From Gemmatimonadaceae bacterium (GTDB lineage Bacteria; Gemmatimonadota; Gemmatimonadetes; Gemmatimonadales; Gemmatimonadaceae), in contig JANRJP010000102.1 of assembly GCA_033763905.1 (NCBI GenBank), forward strand, positions 24,863-88,862: DNA of 64,000 nt, in the 5' to 3' direction. Made by a program: the position numbers and the translations under genes. This document shows positions 45,363 to 55,275 of this stretch, in pieces. The first letter of the stretch is position 1. Every line of letters starts with the position of its first letter. Under the pieces are notes generated by a model, which was given only the letters and a program-made list of their open reading frames with translations, ran no database searches and was not told where the DNA came from.

Positions 45363-47319
45363 TCGCTCGCGGTGGATCACCGGCGCGCTCGCGCTCGCGG
45401 CGTTCGCGCTGGTGTGCCGCGCCGCTTGGGTGCAGATCTGGCAGCACGAGTACTGGACCCGCAAGGCGAATGATCAGCAGACGACCACCGCCAATCTGCC
45501 GGCGCCACGGGGCACGATCACCGATGCGACCGGCCTGGTGCTGGCGGAAAGTCGCACGTTGGTGACGATCGCGATCGACCCGCGCGCGGTGCGAAACATC
45601 GGCGCACTGCGTCGCGGTCTCGAGACCGCCCGGGTCGCACCGAATTGGATTCGCCGGGCGACCGACACCACGAGAAAGTGGGTCGAGATTCCCCAGCGCT
45701 TCCTCCCCAACGACATCGCCACCGTGCAGGCGATGCGCGGCGTGCGCACGACACCGGTGGCGGAACGCGTGTATCTCCCGAGCGAGTCGGTCCGTCGACT
45801 CGTCGGCCGAGCGACGCCGGAGCGCGGGTTGGACGGCGTCGAGTTTGCGCTGGATTCGCTGCTGACCGGGGAGCGGGGCACCGCCGCGCTGGTCCGGGAT
45901 GCGAGAGGGCGCACCCTCGTGTCACCGGACGGCGACGGGGACGCCGCGCGGCCGGGGCACACGGTCACGCTGACCGTCAACCACGCGCTGCAGGACATCG
46001 CCGAGCGGGCGCTGGCCGATGCGCAGTCGCGAACGGGGGCCAACGGCGGCGATATCGTCGTGCTCGATCCCCGTGACGGGGCCGTGCTGGCGATGGCGAG
46101 CCGACGGCCGGATCCCAAGTCGCTCGCGGCGACGGCGGTCACCGAGTCGTTCGAGCCCGGCAGCACGCTCAAGCCCTTCTTCGCCGGACGGCTGCTGGAC
46201 CTGCGCCGCGCGAGGTCGGACGAAGTGGTGAACACGTACAACGGCCAGATGAAGCTCGGGACGCGGACGATCACCGACGTGCACAAGGCGCCGCGGATGT
46301 CGCTCCGCGAAGTGATCGCGCAGTCAAGCAACATCGGCATCGTGCAGTTCGCGGCTCGTCTCACCGCGCGGGAGGAGTACGAGTTGCTGCGCGACCTCGG
46401 CTTCGGCACGCCGACCGGCGTGCCGTATCCGCTCGAGGCATCCGGGCGCCTGCGTCCGCCGAGCCAATGGTCGGCGACCTCGGCGGCTTCGCTCGCGATG
46501 GGCTATGAAGTGTCGGTGTCGCCGTTGCAGTTGGCGGTGGCCTACGCGGCGATCGCCAACGGCGGCGAGTTGCTGCAGCCGTCGTTGATTCGGCGCATTA
46601 CGGCGCCCGATGGGCGCGTGGTCTGGACGCACGCGCGCCGTGCCCTGCGTCGCGTGCTGTCGCCCGAGGCGGCTGCGGATGTGCGCCGAATGCTCGTGGA
46701 AGTCGTCGAGGAGGGCACCGCCGGTGGCGCCGACCTCGCGCAGTTCGAGGTGGGTGGCAAGTCGGGGACCGCGCGCCGCACCGGCAAGGGCGGGCGCTAC
46801 GCGGCGGGTTCCTACACGGCGAGTTTCGTCGGACTGTTCCCCGCCGACGATCCGCAGCTGGTCGTACTGGTGAAGCTCGACAACCCGCAGGGGGCGTACT
46901 ACGGCGGCAAGACTGCGGCGCCGGTCTTCAAGGCCGTGCTCGAAGGGGCCCTCGCATCGCGCGATGCCTCGATCGATCGGCAGCGCGTGGCGGCGCAGGT
47001 GCGCGCCCCCGCCGAGAGCGCGACCGCCGATTCGGTGCGCGAGGTCGCGGCGGCGGCGGAGTCGCGTGACGCTCGCGGGGATGCCGTCGGCGACGTCCCC
47101 GCCGTCATCGACTTGACGCAGCCGCGCGGACGCGCGCCGGCGCTACCGGCGCGGGCGGTGCCCTCGGTGGACGGCCTGCCCACGCGTCGCGCGGTGTTCA
47201 CGCTGCACGAGGCCGGCTTCCGCGTGCAGCTCACCGAGGGGGCTGGCGTGGATCCCGCTCCCGGCACTGTGCTCAAGCCCGGCAGCATCGTCCGCTTGGG
47301 CCGCAACCAGCCCCGATGA
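45352..47319 (+). CDS. ftsI: division-specific peptidoglycan transpeptidase (PBP3/FtsI family)
   Basis: 655-aa ORF with N-terminal TM. Transpeptidase motifs ESFEPGSTLKP (SxxK), SSN (QSSNIG) and KSGT (GGKSGTA). Confidence 0.93.
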   Translation: MRDDRSRWITGALALAAFALVCRAAWVQIWQHEYWTRKANDQQTTTANLPAPRGTITDATGLVLAESRTLVTIAIDPRAVRNIGALRRGLETARVAPNWIRRATDTTRKWVEIPQRFLPNDIATVQAMRGVRTTPVAERVYLPSESVRRLVGRATPERGLDGVEFALDSLLTGERGTAALVRDARGRTLVSPDGDGDAARPGHTVTLTVNHALQDIAERALADAQSRTGANGGDIVVLDPRDGAVLAMASRRPDPKSLAATAVTESFEPGSTLKPFFAGRLLDLRRARSDEVVNTYNGQMKLGTRTITDVHKAPRMSLREVIAQSSNIGIVQFAARLTAREEYELLRDLGFGTPTGVPYPLEASGRLRPPSQWSATSAASLAMGYEVSVSPLQLAVAYAAIANGGELLQPSLIRRITAPDGRVVWTHARRALRRVLSPEAAADVRRMLVEVVEEGTAGGADLAQFEVGGKSGTARRTGKGGRYAAGSYTASFVGLFPADDPQLVVLVKLDNPQGAYYGGKTAAPVFKAVLEGALASRDASIDRQRVAAQVRAPAESATADSVREVAAAAESRDARGDAVGDVPAVIDLTQPRGRAPALPARAVPSVDGLPTRRAVFTLHEAGFRVQLTEGAGVDPAPGTVLKPGSIVRLGRNQPR

Positions 47320-48797
47320 CTTCACATCCTGCGGTAGTCCCGACGGCGCGACTGGTGGAAGCGCTTGATCGCGCCGGATTGCTCGTCGAGGTCATCGGCG
47401 AGCTCCCGGCCACGCTGTCAGCCCTCACGGATGACTCGCGCCACGTGCAGCCCGGCGGCCTGTTTCTGGCGGTGAAGGGGGCAGTCGCCGATGGCCACGC
47501 CTTCGTGCCCAAGGCGCGCGCCGCAGGGGCGGCACTCGTGATGCTCGAAGATCGCGCGGCCGTGGATGGTGCGGCGCTGCTGGTGCGCGACGGACGGCGC
47601 GCCGCCGCCCGTGTGGCGGCGGCGTGGTACCACGAGCCGGCACGCGCGCTGCGCCTCGTCGCGGCCACCGGCACCAATGGGAAGACGACCACGGTGGGGA
47701 TGCTCCGGCATTGCCTGGAGCAGCCCGACGCCCCGACGGCGAGCATCGGGACCTTGGGTGTGCTCGCCGGATCCGCTGGCACGGTGGTGCCCGGCGGGAG
47801 CGGGCTCACGACGCCGGGGCCCGTCGAGTTGCAGCGGGTGCTGCGCTTGTTGGTGGATCGCGGTGTGCGCACCGTCGCGATGGAGACCAGCTCGCACGCC
47901 TTGCATCAGCGGCGGATCGAAGGCGTCGCCTTTGCTGCGGCGGTCTTCACGAATCTCACGCGGGACCATCTCGACTATCACGGCACGATGGAGGCGTACT
48001 TCGCAGCCAAAGCGTCACTGGTGTCGTGGCTGGCCCCCGATGGCGTGGCGGTCGTGAATGCCGATGATCCCGCGTGGCGCGAGCTGCCCGCAGCGCCGCG
48101 GCAGATCACGTTCGGTCTTGAGCAGCACGCGGACGTGCAGGCGCGTGACGTGCAGTACTCGCCCGAAGGGACGGGGTTCACCCTCGCCGCGTTTGGCGCC
48201 ACGGCGCCGGTACAGTTGCCGCTGATCGGCGACTTCAACGTGAGCAATGCCCTCGCCGCCGCGGCGACCGGTCTCGCGGTGGGGGCGTCGCTCGAGGCGA
48301 TGGCGGCGGCTCTGACGTCGTTGCCGCAGGTCCCGGGACGCCTCGAGCGGCTCTCGCGCTCGCCGTCCGTGCTGCGCGACTACGCCCACACGCCGGACGC
48401 CCTCGAACGGGCGCTGCACGCGGTGCGACCGTTCGTCGCTGGCCGACTCGTCGTGGTGTTCGGCTGCGGTGGGGATCGAGATCGCGGCAAGCGCCCGGTG
48501 ATGGGCGCGATCGCCGAACGCTTGGCGGATCGCGCATACGTGACCAGCGACAACCCGCGCACCGAAGACCCCGAGCGGATTCTCGATGACATCGAAGCGG
48601 GAATGACGCGACGGGATCACGTGCGCATCGAAGACCGACGCGCGGCCATCGCCGCCGCCATTGCCGACGCCGCGCCGGGCGACGTCATTCTGCTTGCCGG
48701 CAAGGGCCACGAGACCTATCAAATTCGCGGCACGGAATCGCTGCCCTTCGACGAGGCCGCGATTGTCGCCGAACTGACTCGCCCCCATCTCCCGTGA
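47316..48797 (+). CDS. murE: UDP-N-acetylmuramoyl-L-alanyl-D-glutamate--2,6-diaminopimelate ligase
   Basis: 493-aa ORF (ATGA overlap). ATGTNGKTTT, METSSHAL and FGCGGDRDRGKRP. DNPR is consistent with meso-DAP specificity. Confidence 0.95.
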   Translation: MTSHPAVVPTARLVEALDRAGLLVEVIGELPATLSALTDDSRHVQPGGLFLAVKGAVADGHAFVPKARAAGAALVMLEDRAAVDGAALLVRDGRRAAARVAAAWYHEPARALRLVAATGTNGKTTTVGMLRHCLEQPDAPTASIGTLGVLAGSAGTVVPGGSGLTTPGPVELQRVLRLLVDRGVRTVAMETSSHALHQRRIEGVAFAAAVFTNLTRDHLDYHGTMEAYFAAKASLVSWLAPDGVAVVNADDPAWRELPAAPRQITFGLEQHADVQARDVQYSPEGTGFTLAAFGATAPVQLPLIGDFNVSNALAAAATGLAVGASLEAMAAALTSLPQVPGRLERLSRSPSVLRDYAHTPDALERALHAVRPFVAGRLVVVFGCGGDRDRGKRPVMGAIAERLADRAYVTSDNPRTEDPERILDDIEAGMTRRDHVRIEDRRAAIAAAIADAAPGDVILLAGKGHETYQIRGTESLPFDEAAIVAELTRPHLP

Positions 48798-50182
48798 GCG
48801 TTGCACTGCCGACACCCGCTCGAAGCGACTTCTGGACGCTCGACCACCTCGCGCACGCCCTCGCCGGCGTCCTGACGGCCCCCGCGCCCGCGGGCGATCG
48901 TCCGCTGGCCGGCATCACGACCGACACGCGGCAACTGACGACGGGCGCGGTGTTCGTCGCTCTGGCGGGGGAGCGCTTCGACGCGCACGATTTTCTGCCG
49001 GCCGCCGTGGCCGCTGGCGCGGCGGCGCTGGTGGTGAAGGATGCCGCGCGCGCCGCGGGGCTCGGCCTGCCGGTCTTTGCCGTGCGCGATTCGCTGGAGG
49101 CCTTGGGCGCCCTCGGCGCCTACCGCCGCCGCGCGTGGGGGAAGCCGGTCGTGGCGGTCGCAGGATCGAACGGCAAGACCACCACGAAGGAGCTGCTCCG
49201 CGCCGCGCTGGGATCGGTGTACGCGGTGCACGCCACCGAGGGCAACTTCAACAATCTTGTCGGCGTGCCGCTGACGTTGCTGGCGATTCCCGATCACGCG
49301 GATGTCGCGGTGATCGAACTCGGCACGAACACGCCGGGGGAGATCGCCACGCTGCGATCCATCGTCCGTCCCGACGTCGTGGTCATCACGAGCATCGGCG
49401 AGGAACATCTGGAGGGCTTCGGTGATCTGGCCGGCGTCTTGGCCGAGGAAGCCAGCGCGGCCGATGGCGCGGCCCTCTGTGTGACGCCTGCAGCACAGCG
49501 CGAGATCGCCGCCGCGGTGCAGGGAAAGGCCGCACGGGTGATCGTCACCGGACTGGGCGCCGGTGATCCCGCGGCGACCGCCTGGGGCCTCAAGGATTCC
49601 GGCTTCGGGTGGATGACCTTCGCCGGTGTGCCGGTCACCTTGCCGCTGCCGGGGGAGCACAATCTCGCGAACGCCGCACTGGCCTTGGCCACCGCCGATG
49701 CGCTCGGTGTCGAGCTGGCGACCGCGGCGGAGGGGCTTAAGCGCGTCAAATTGCCACCAATGCGTAGCGCACTCGTTCCGCTGGGCGAGGCGCTGCTGCT
49801 CAACGACTGCTACAACGCCAATCCGCCCTCGATGCGGGCGGCGCTGGCGGTCTTGGACGCCCTCCCCGCGAGTCGGCAGAAGGTCGCGGTACTCGGCGGG
49901 ATGCGGGAGCTGGGCGCCAACGCTGATGCCCTGCACGATGACGTCGCCCGCGCGGCCCTCGCGTCGCAGGCGACGGTGATTGCCGGGGTGGAGGCGATGG
50001 CCGCCGCGCTGCGGCGGGTGGGGGCGGACGACCCTCGCGTGGTGACCGCCGACGATGTCGAGCCGCTGTGGCCGCTCCTGGCGCCACGGCTCGAGCGCGG
50101 GGCGGCGGTACTGCTCAAGGCGTCGCGGGGCGTCCGGCTGGAGCGCCTGTTGCCGCATCTGGAGGCGTGGGCAACCGGTTAG
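48794..50182 (+). CDS. murF: UDP-N-acetylmuramoyl-tripeptide--D-alanyl-D-alanine ligase
   Basis: 462-aa ORF (GTGA overlap). AVAGSNGKTTTKE, IELGTNTPGEI, NDCYNANP. Confidence 0.93.
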   Translation: MSVALPTPARSDFWTLDHLAHALAGVLTAPAPAGDRPLAGITTDTRQLTTGAVFVALAGERFDAHDFLPAAVAAGAAALVVKDAARAAGLGLPVFAVRDSLEALGALGAYRRRAWGKPVVAVAGSNGKTTTKELLRAALGSVYAVHATEGNFNNLVGVPLTLLAIPDHADVAVIELGTNTPGEIATLRSIVRPDVVVITSIGEEHLEGFGDLAGVLAEEASAADGAALCVTPAAQREIAAAVQGKAARVIVTGLGAGDPAATAWGLKDSGFGWMTFAGVPVTLPLPGEHNLANAALALATADALGVELATAAEGLKRVKLPPMRSALVPLGEALLLNDCYNANPPSMRAALAVLDALPASRQKVAVLGGMRELGANADALHDDVARAALASQATVIAGVEAMAAALRRVGADDPRVVTADDVEPLWPLLAPRLERGAAVLLKASRGVRLERLLPHLEAWATG

Positions 50183-50219
50183 CTTTCGCGCGATCGTCGG
50201 AACCCCTTCGCGCCGACCC

Positions 50220-51362
50220 GTGCTCAACTGGCTGCTGCTCCCGTTTCAACCGGAGTTCCCCGCACTCCGGCTCTTTCAGTACATCAGCTTCCGCGCGGCC
50301 GGTGCTGCGGTCACGGCACTGCTGTTGTCCTTCATCGCCGGTCCGCTGATTCTCCGGCGCCTGCGCGCGATGGCCGTGCATCAGGTCGTGCGCGCCGGCA
50401 CACCGGACTCGCACAAGGCCAAGGGGACCACCCCCACGATGGGCGGGCTGATCATTCTCGTGTCGTGCATCATTCCCACGATCCTGTGGATGAAGCCCGA
50501 GAATCGGTATGTGTGGTATGCGCTGCTCGTGACGGTCTGGATGGGCGCGATCGGCTTCCTCGATGACTGGCTCAAGCTCGAGCAGAAGCGGAAGGGTGAA
50601 AAGAACGTGGGGCTGGTCGAGCGCTACAAGCTCATCGGCCAGGTGGGCATCGGGCTGGTGTTGGGACTGCTGCTCTGGAAGTTCCCCCTGAGTTCGCTCC
50701 CGGGGGCCAGCACCACGCTGCCGTTCTACAAGTACGTGCTGCTCGTGCCCGCGCTGCCGTGGATGTCGTTCCTGTACATCCCGTGGGTGACCGTGGTGCT
50801 CACCGGCACGAGCAACGCCGTGAACCTGACCGACGGTCTCGACGGACTGGCGGCCGGACTCATTGCGATCTCGATCGTGACTTTCGCGGTGTTCGCCTAT
50901 GTGATGGGGCGCGTCGATACCAGCGCGTACCTCGGCGTGTACTTCCTGCGCGGGGCTGGCGAACTGACCGTCTTCTGCAGCGCCGTCTTCGGCGCGGTGG
51001 TCGGTTTCCTGTGGTTCAACGCGCACCCGGCGCAGGTGTTCATGGGCGACACGGGATCGCTGGCGCTGGGCGGCGCGCTCGGCACGGTGGCGATTCTGCT
51101 CAAGAGCGAGTTCCTGCTCCTGATCGTCGGCGCGGTCTTCGTGGCGGAAACGCTGTCGGTCATCATTCAGCGGACCGCGTTCAAGTACCGCAAGCAGCGC
51201 TACGGTCTCGAGTACGCGCAGCAGCACCGCATCTTCAAGCGTGCGCCAATCCACCACCACTTCGAGCTGTCGGGGTGGGCCGAGACCCAGGTGGTGGTGC
51301 GCTTCTGGATTCTCGGGATCCTCTGCGCGTTTCTGGCCCTCAGCACCCTGAAGCTGCGGTGA
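50220..51362 (+). CDS. mraY: phospho-N-acetylmuramoyl-pentapeptide transferase
   Basis: GTG 50220 in the frame of ORF 50055..51362 (V-LNWLLLPFQ... aligns with E. coli MLVWLAEHL...). KGTTPTMGG, NLTDGLDGLA, MGDTGSLALGG, PIHHHFE. Confidence 0.95.
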   Translation: MLNWLLLPFQPEFPALRLFQYISFRAAGAAVTALLLSFIAGPLILRRLRAMAVHQVVRAGTPDSHKAKGTTPTMGGLIILVSCIIPTILWMKPENRYVWYALLVTVWMGAIGFLDDWLKLEQKRKGEKNVGLVERYKLIGQVGIGLVLGLLLWKFPLSSLPGASTTLPFYKYVLLVPALPWMSFLYIPWVTVVLTGTSNAVNLTDGLDGLAAGLIAISIVTFAVFAYVMGRVDTSAYLGVYFLRGAGELTVFCSAVFGAVVGFLWFNAHPAQVFMGDTGSLALGGALGTVAILLKSEFLLLIVGAVFVAETLSVIIQRTAFKYRKQRYGLEYAQQHRIFKRAPIHHHFELSGWAETQVVVRFWILGILCAFLALSTLKLR

Positions 51363-52816
51363 GCGACGCCCTCGGCGGTTCGACGCGTCCGCCGCTGCCC
51401 TTGCCGACGTCGCGGAGCGGGGAAGTGGCGGTGATCGGCCTCGGTGCGAGCGGGCAGGCGGTCACGCGGCTGCTGCGGTTGCACGGGCACGCCGTCTACG
51501 CCAGCGATGCCAGCAGCGGCGACAAGGCCGCCGCGGCCGCGGCATCGCTCGCGGCGCTCGGCGCGGCAACCGATGCGGGTACGCACGATCTCGCGCGCAT
51601 TGCGCGCGCGGCGCTCGTGGTGGCGAGTCCCGGGGTGCCCCCCACGGCGCCGCCGCTGCAAGCGGCCGCGAACGCCGGAGTGCCGGTGGTGGGCGAACTC
51701 GATATCGCCCTCCGCGCGATGCCGCGGCTCAAGTACATCGCCGTCACCGGCACCAACGGCAAGACGACCACGACGGCGATCATCGGGCATCTGCTCCGAG
51801 CACTCGGGCACGAGGCACCGGACGCCGGCAACATCGGAACGCCGCTGGCCACGTACGCGGCGGCCGATGCGCCTCCGCCCTGGGCCGCGCTCGAGACGTC
51901 GAGCTTTCAGTTGCACGACACACCGGGCATCAATCCCACGGTGGGCGTCGTCACCAACCTGAGTCCCGACCACCTCGATCGGTACCCGGACATCGGCACC
52001 TACTACGCCGACAAGGCGCGGATGTTTGCCAATGCGCACGATCGCTCGCTCTGGGTGCTGAACGCCGACGATGCGGAGGTCCTCCGGCTGCACGAACGTC
52101 TGGGGAGTGGCGCGCCACTCGCGGGTCGAGTGTTGCTGTTCTCGTTGCACGAGCACCGCGGAGCCGATGCCTTCATTCGCGCCGACGGGATCCTCGAGGT
52201 CTTCGGCGCCCCACTGATGCCACGCGCGGCGTTCCCGCTGGTCGGTGACCACAACGTGGCGAATGTCCTCGCCGCCGCGCTGTCGGTGATGGCGGCCGAC
52301 CCCGCGCATCGGACGCCCAAGGGGCGCAAGACGATTGCCGCGGCGCTGGAATCGTTCCGTGCGCTGCCGCACCGGTTGGAGCCAGTCGGCGAGTACGGTG
52401 GAGTTCGCTGGATCAATGACTCGAAGGCCACCAACGTGGCCTCGACGCAAGTCGCGCTCGACGGGATGCAGCAGCCGACGGTGGTGTTGCTTGGCGGCCG
52501 TCACAAAGGTGACCCGTACACACCACTGATCCCCGCGCTCAAGCGCTGCGCGCGGCTTGTGATCGGGTACGGAGAAGCTGCGCCGATCATCGAGGCCGAC
52601 CTCGCGCAGGCGGTACCTTTCGTCCGCGGTGGATCGTCGTTCGTCGAGGTTGTGGCGCAGGCACGCGCGGCGGCACAGCCCGGTGATGTGGTGCTCCTTT
52701 CCCCGGCCTGCTCGAGCTACGATATGTTCGCGAACTACGAAGCGCGGGGGGCGATGTTCCGCCAGCTCGCGGGCGATGCCTCCACCGACCGGCACGACCG
52801 CCCCTCGGCGCCGTGA
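51359..52816 (+). CDS. murD: UDP-N-acetylmuramoylalanine--D-glutamate ligase
   Basis: GTG 51359 (GTGA overlap) in the frame of ORF 50759..52816. VIGLGASGQA, VTGTNGKTTT, INDSKATNV. Confidence 0.93.
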   Translation: MSDALGGSTRPPLPLPTSRSGEVAVIGLGASGQAVTRLLRLHGHAVYASDASSGDKAAAAAASLAALGAATDAGTHDLARIARAALVVASPGVPPTAPPLQAAANAGVPVVGELDIALRAMPRLKYIAVTGTNGKTTTTAIIGHLLRALGHEAPDAGNIGTPLATYAAADAPPPWAALETSSFQLHDTPGINPTVGVVTNLSPDHLDRYPDIGTYYADKARMFANAHDRSLWVLNADDAEVLRLHERLGSGAPLAGRVLLFSLHEHRGADAFIRADGILEVFGAPLMPRAAFPLVGDHNVANVLAAALSVMAADPAHRTPKGRKTIAAALESFRALPHRLEPVGEYGGVRWINDSKATNVASTQVALDGMQQPTVVLLGGRHKGDPYTPLIPALKRCARLVIGYGEAAPIIEADLAQAVPFVRGGSSFVEVVAQARAAAQPGDVVLLSPACSSYDMFANYEARGAMFRQLAGDASTDRHDRPSAP

Positions 52817-54036
52817 GTAACGCCGCGCTCCTCCACGGGGCGCCGCTCGGCCGACCCGCACAGGGGGCCGCGGCGATGCCCGCCGGCACGCGTGACCGCT
52901 GGCGAATGGGGATCGAGGCGCGCGCGCTCGTGCTCGTCACTGCCAGTTTGCTCGTCTTCGGTCTGGCCACGCTCTACAGCGCGTCGTCCATTGTCGCGAT
53001 GAACGAAGGGCGCGGGTCGATGCACTACCTCCTCCGTCAGGCGACCGGCGTCGTCGCGGGGGCCATCGTCTTCGCCGTGGCCGCCAAGCTCGACGCCGAA
53101 CGCTGGAAGGACTGGGCGTGGCCGCTGATGGGGCTCGCCCTGTTCACGATGCTGGTGATCATCCTCCCCGGCACCGAGCGCATCGCGCCCCGCATCAACG
53201 GGTCGCGGCGCTTCCTGTTCGGCTCGTCGCTGCAGCCGTCCGAGCTCGCGAAGCTCGCGGTCATTATGTGGACGGCGATGCTCATCGTGAAGAAGGGCGA
53301 CCAGCTCCGGCGCCTCACCAAGGGCTTGTTGCCGTTCCTCCTGGTCGTGGGCACGCTCGATGTGCTCGCCATCCTCGAGCCGGACCTCTCGGCGGCGATG
53401 CTCTACACCCTGGTCCTCGGGGTGGTCCTGTTCGCCGGCGGGGTTCGCATCGGCCACTTCATCGCGTTGGGCATCCTTGCGATCCCGGTCCTCTGGAATC
53501 AAGCCCAGCGCCTGCAGTACGTCGTCCTTCGAATGGTGTCCTTCCTCGACCCCGGCGCCGCGCCAGCCCAGGTCGGATACCAGCTTGAGCAGTCGCTGAT
53601 TGCCGTGGGCTCCGGTGGCCTGCTCGGCGTCGGGTTCGGTCAGGGACGGCAGCAGTACGGGTTCCTGCCGCTGCCATACAACGACTTCATCGGCTCCAAC
53701 ATCGGCGAGGAGTGGGGCTTCGTGGGAATGGTCGCGCTGGTCGCGGTGTACTCGCTGTACGGCTGGCTCGGCTTCCGCATTGCGCGCCAAGCCCGCTCGC
53801 CGTTTCAGCAATTGGCCGCCGTCGGCCTCACGGTGACCTTGGTCGTGACGGCATTTCTCCACATTGGGGTCGTCATCGGGCTGCTCCCGACCACGGGATT
53901 GACCCTGCCGTTTGTCTCCTACGGGCGCTCGAATCTGGTACTCTCCCTGTTGATGACCGGCATTCTGGTGAACATCGGGAGCACCCGTGAACGGGTGGTG
54001 GGCGAGCACGCGACCGACCCGACGGGCTCGGTCTGA
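52813..54036 (+). CDS. ftsW: SEDS-family peptidoglycan glycosyltransferase / division protein FtsW
   Basis: 407-aa ORF (GTGA overlap) with about 10 TM segments. LQPSELAKLA, PDLSAAM, LPTTGLTLPFVSYGRSN. The true start may be an internal Met (MPAGT... or MGIEA...). Confidence 0.92.
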   Translation: MSNAALLHGAPLGRPAQGAAAMPAGTRDRWRMGIEARALVLVTASLLVFGLATLYSASSIVAMNEGRGSMHYLLRQATGVVAGAIVFAVAAKLDAERWKDWAWPLMGLALFTMLVIILPGTERIAPRINGSRRFLFGSSLQPSELAKLAVIMWTAMLIVKKGDQLRRLTKGLLPFLLVVGTLDVLAILEPDLSAAMLYTLVLGVVLFAGGVRIGHFIALGILAIPVLWNQAQRLQYVVLRMVSFLDPGAAPAQVGYQLEQSLIAVGSGGLLGVGFGQGRQQYGFLPLPYNDFIGSNIGEEWGFVGMVALVAVYSLYGWLGFRIARQARSPFQQLAAVGLTVTLVVTAFLHIGVVIGLLPTTGLTLPFVSYGRSNLVLSLLMTGILVNIGSTRERVVGEHATDPTGSV

Positions 54037-54054
54037 GCCCAGGATGACCGACTC

Positions 54055-55176
54055 ATGACGACGGCCGAGTCGCGCCGACGCGTCTGGTTTGCCGGTGGAG
54101 GCACGGGAGGGCACCTGTACCCGGGCCTCGCGATCGCGCGCGCTCTGGTTGCCTTGGACCCCGGCGTCGAGCCGTTTTTCGTCGGCGCCGCGCGCGGGAT
54201 TGAGCGCACCGTCCTTCCAGGGCAGCCGTTCGGCCACGTGCTGCTGGACCTGCATCCGATCTACCGCCAGCGCCCGTGGGAGAACTGGAAGACCCTCCGC
54301 GGGGCACTCGGCGCGTGGCGCACGCTCGACCGGCTGGCGGACACTGTCCCGCCGGCGTTGGTGGTTGGCACCGGCGGATATGCGATGGGGCTGGCGGCCG
54401 CGTGGGGCGGTTGGCACCGGGTGCCGGTGGTCCAGCAGGTCGCCGATGTGGTGCCCGGCCTGACCGCGAAGCTGGCCTCCCGTTGGTCGCACGAGCTCTA
54501 CTTGGGCTTTCCGGAAGCCGCTCGGCACCTCGCGGGCGGCGAAAAGATCGCCACCGGAAACCCGATCGAGCCGCCACCGTCACCCCGCCCGGACCGTGCC
54601 GCTGCGCGCGCCAAATGGGGTTTTCCACAGTCCGGCGGACGGGTCGTCTTGGTCTTCGGTGGGAGCCAGGGTGCCCGGGCCATCAACGACGCGGTCGCCG
54701 AATGGGTCCGCCGCGGGGTAGGGGAGCACACCTACGTACTGTGGGCCACCGGGACCGCGCAGTACGACCGCTACGCCTCGCTCGAGAGCGCCGGTCGAGT
54801 GCGGGTGTTGCCCTATCTTTCCCCAATCGCCGACGGTTACTCGGCGGCCGATCTGGCAGTCACTAGAGCGGGGGCAATGACCTGCGCCGAGCTGACCGCG
54901 TGGGGCATCCCTGCCGTGATGATCCCTCTGCCGACTGCTGCCGCCGACCATCAGACAACGAACGCGCGAACATTGGAGGACGCGGGCTGTGCCGTGTTTT
55001 TTCCACAGTCGCGCCTCACGCCCGAGTCGCTGAGCGCGACAATCGCGATGATGGTCGAGGAGCCGGGTCGGCTGGACCGGATGGGCGCTGCAGCCAAGGC
55101 GCGGGCTCGCCCCAATGCGGCGAAAGACATCGCCGCGAGAGTGTTGATGATCGTAAACGGCGAATCTCTCAAGTGA
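54055..55176 (+). CDS. murG: undecaprenyldiphospho-muramoylpentapeptide beta-N-acetylglucosaminyltransferase
   Basis: 373-aa ORF. FAGGGTGGHLYPGLAIA, GGSQGARAIN, RAGAMTCAELTAWGIPAVMIPLPTAAADHQTTNA. Confidence 0.95.
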   Translation: MTTAESRRRVWFAGGGTGGHLYPGLAIARALVALDPGVEPFFVGAARGIERTVLPGQPFGHVLLDLHPIYRQRPWENWKTLRGALGAWRTLDRLADTVPPALVVGTGGYAMGLAAAWGGWHRVPVVQQVADVVPGLTAKLASRWSHELYLGFPEAARHLAGGEKIATGNPIEPPPSPRPDRAAARAKWGFPQSGGRVVLVFGGSQGARAINDAVAEWVRRGVGEHTYVLWATGTAQYDRYASLESAGRVRVLPYLSPIADGYSAADLAVTRAGAMTCAELTAWGIPAVMIPLPTAAADHQTTNARTLEDAGCAVFFPQSRLTPESLSATIAMMVEEPGRLDRMGAAAKARARPNAAKDIAARVLMIVNGESLK

Positions 55177-55275
55177 AGTTAGTTTAGTATTTATAAGTCG
55201 TTGTATTGTAGTCAAATAAGGCGTTCAGTTCGAGTAGAGAATTATAAGTAAACCCAGTATCAGGATCGTCATTTC
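55177..55275 (+). promoter_or_regulatory. 99-bp AT-rich island between murG and murC with 8-nt direct repeat TTATAAGT
   Basis: Hand count gives 33 G+C of 99 nt, versus very GC-rich flanks. TTATAAGT occurs at 55191-55198 and 55242-55249, 51 bp apart. Stop codons occur in all frames. Role unproven (internal dcw promoter, UP element, protein-binding site or sRNA). Confidence 0.4.

Noticed and set aside
55177-55275. AT-rich murG-murC spacer as a tiny protein-coding gene or an IS/MITE remnant.
   Set aside because: It has stop codons in all three forward frames and no start with a ribosome-binding site. I could identify no terminal inverted repeats or target-site duplication. It is kept as a regulatory-region candidate instead.
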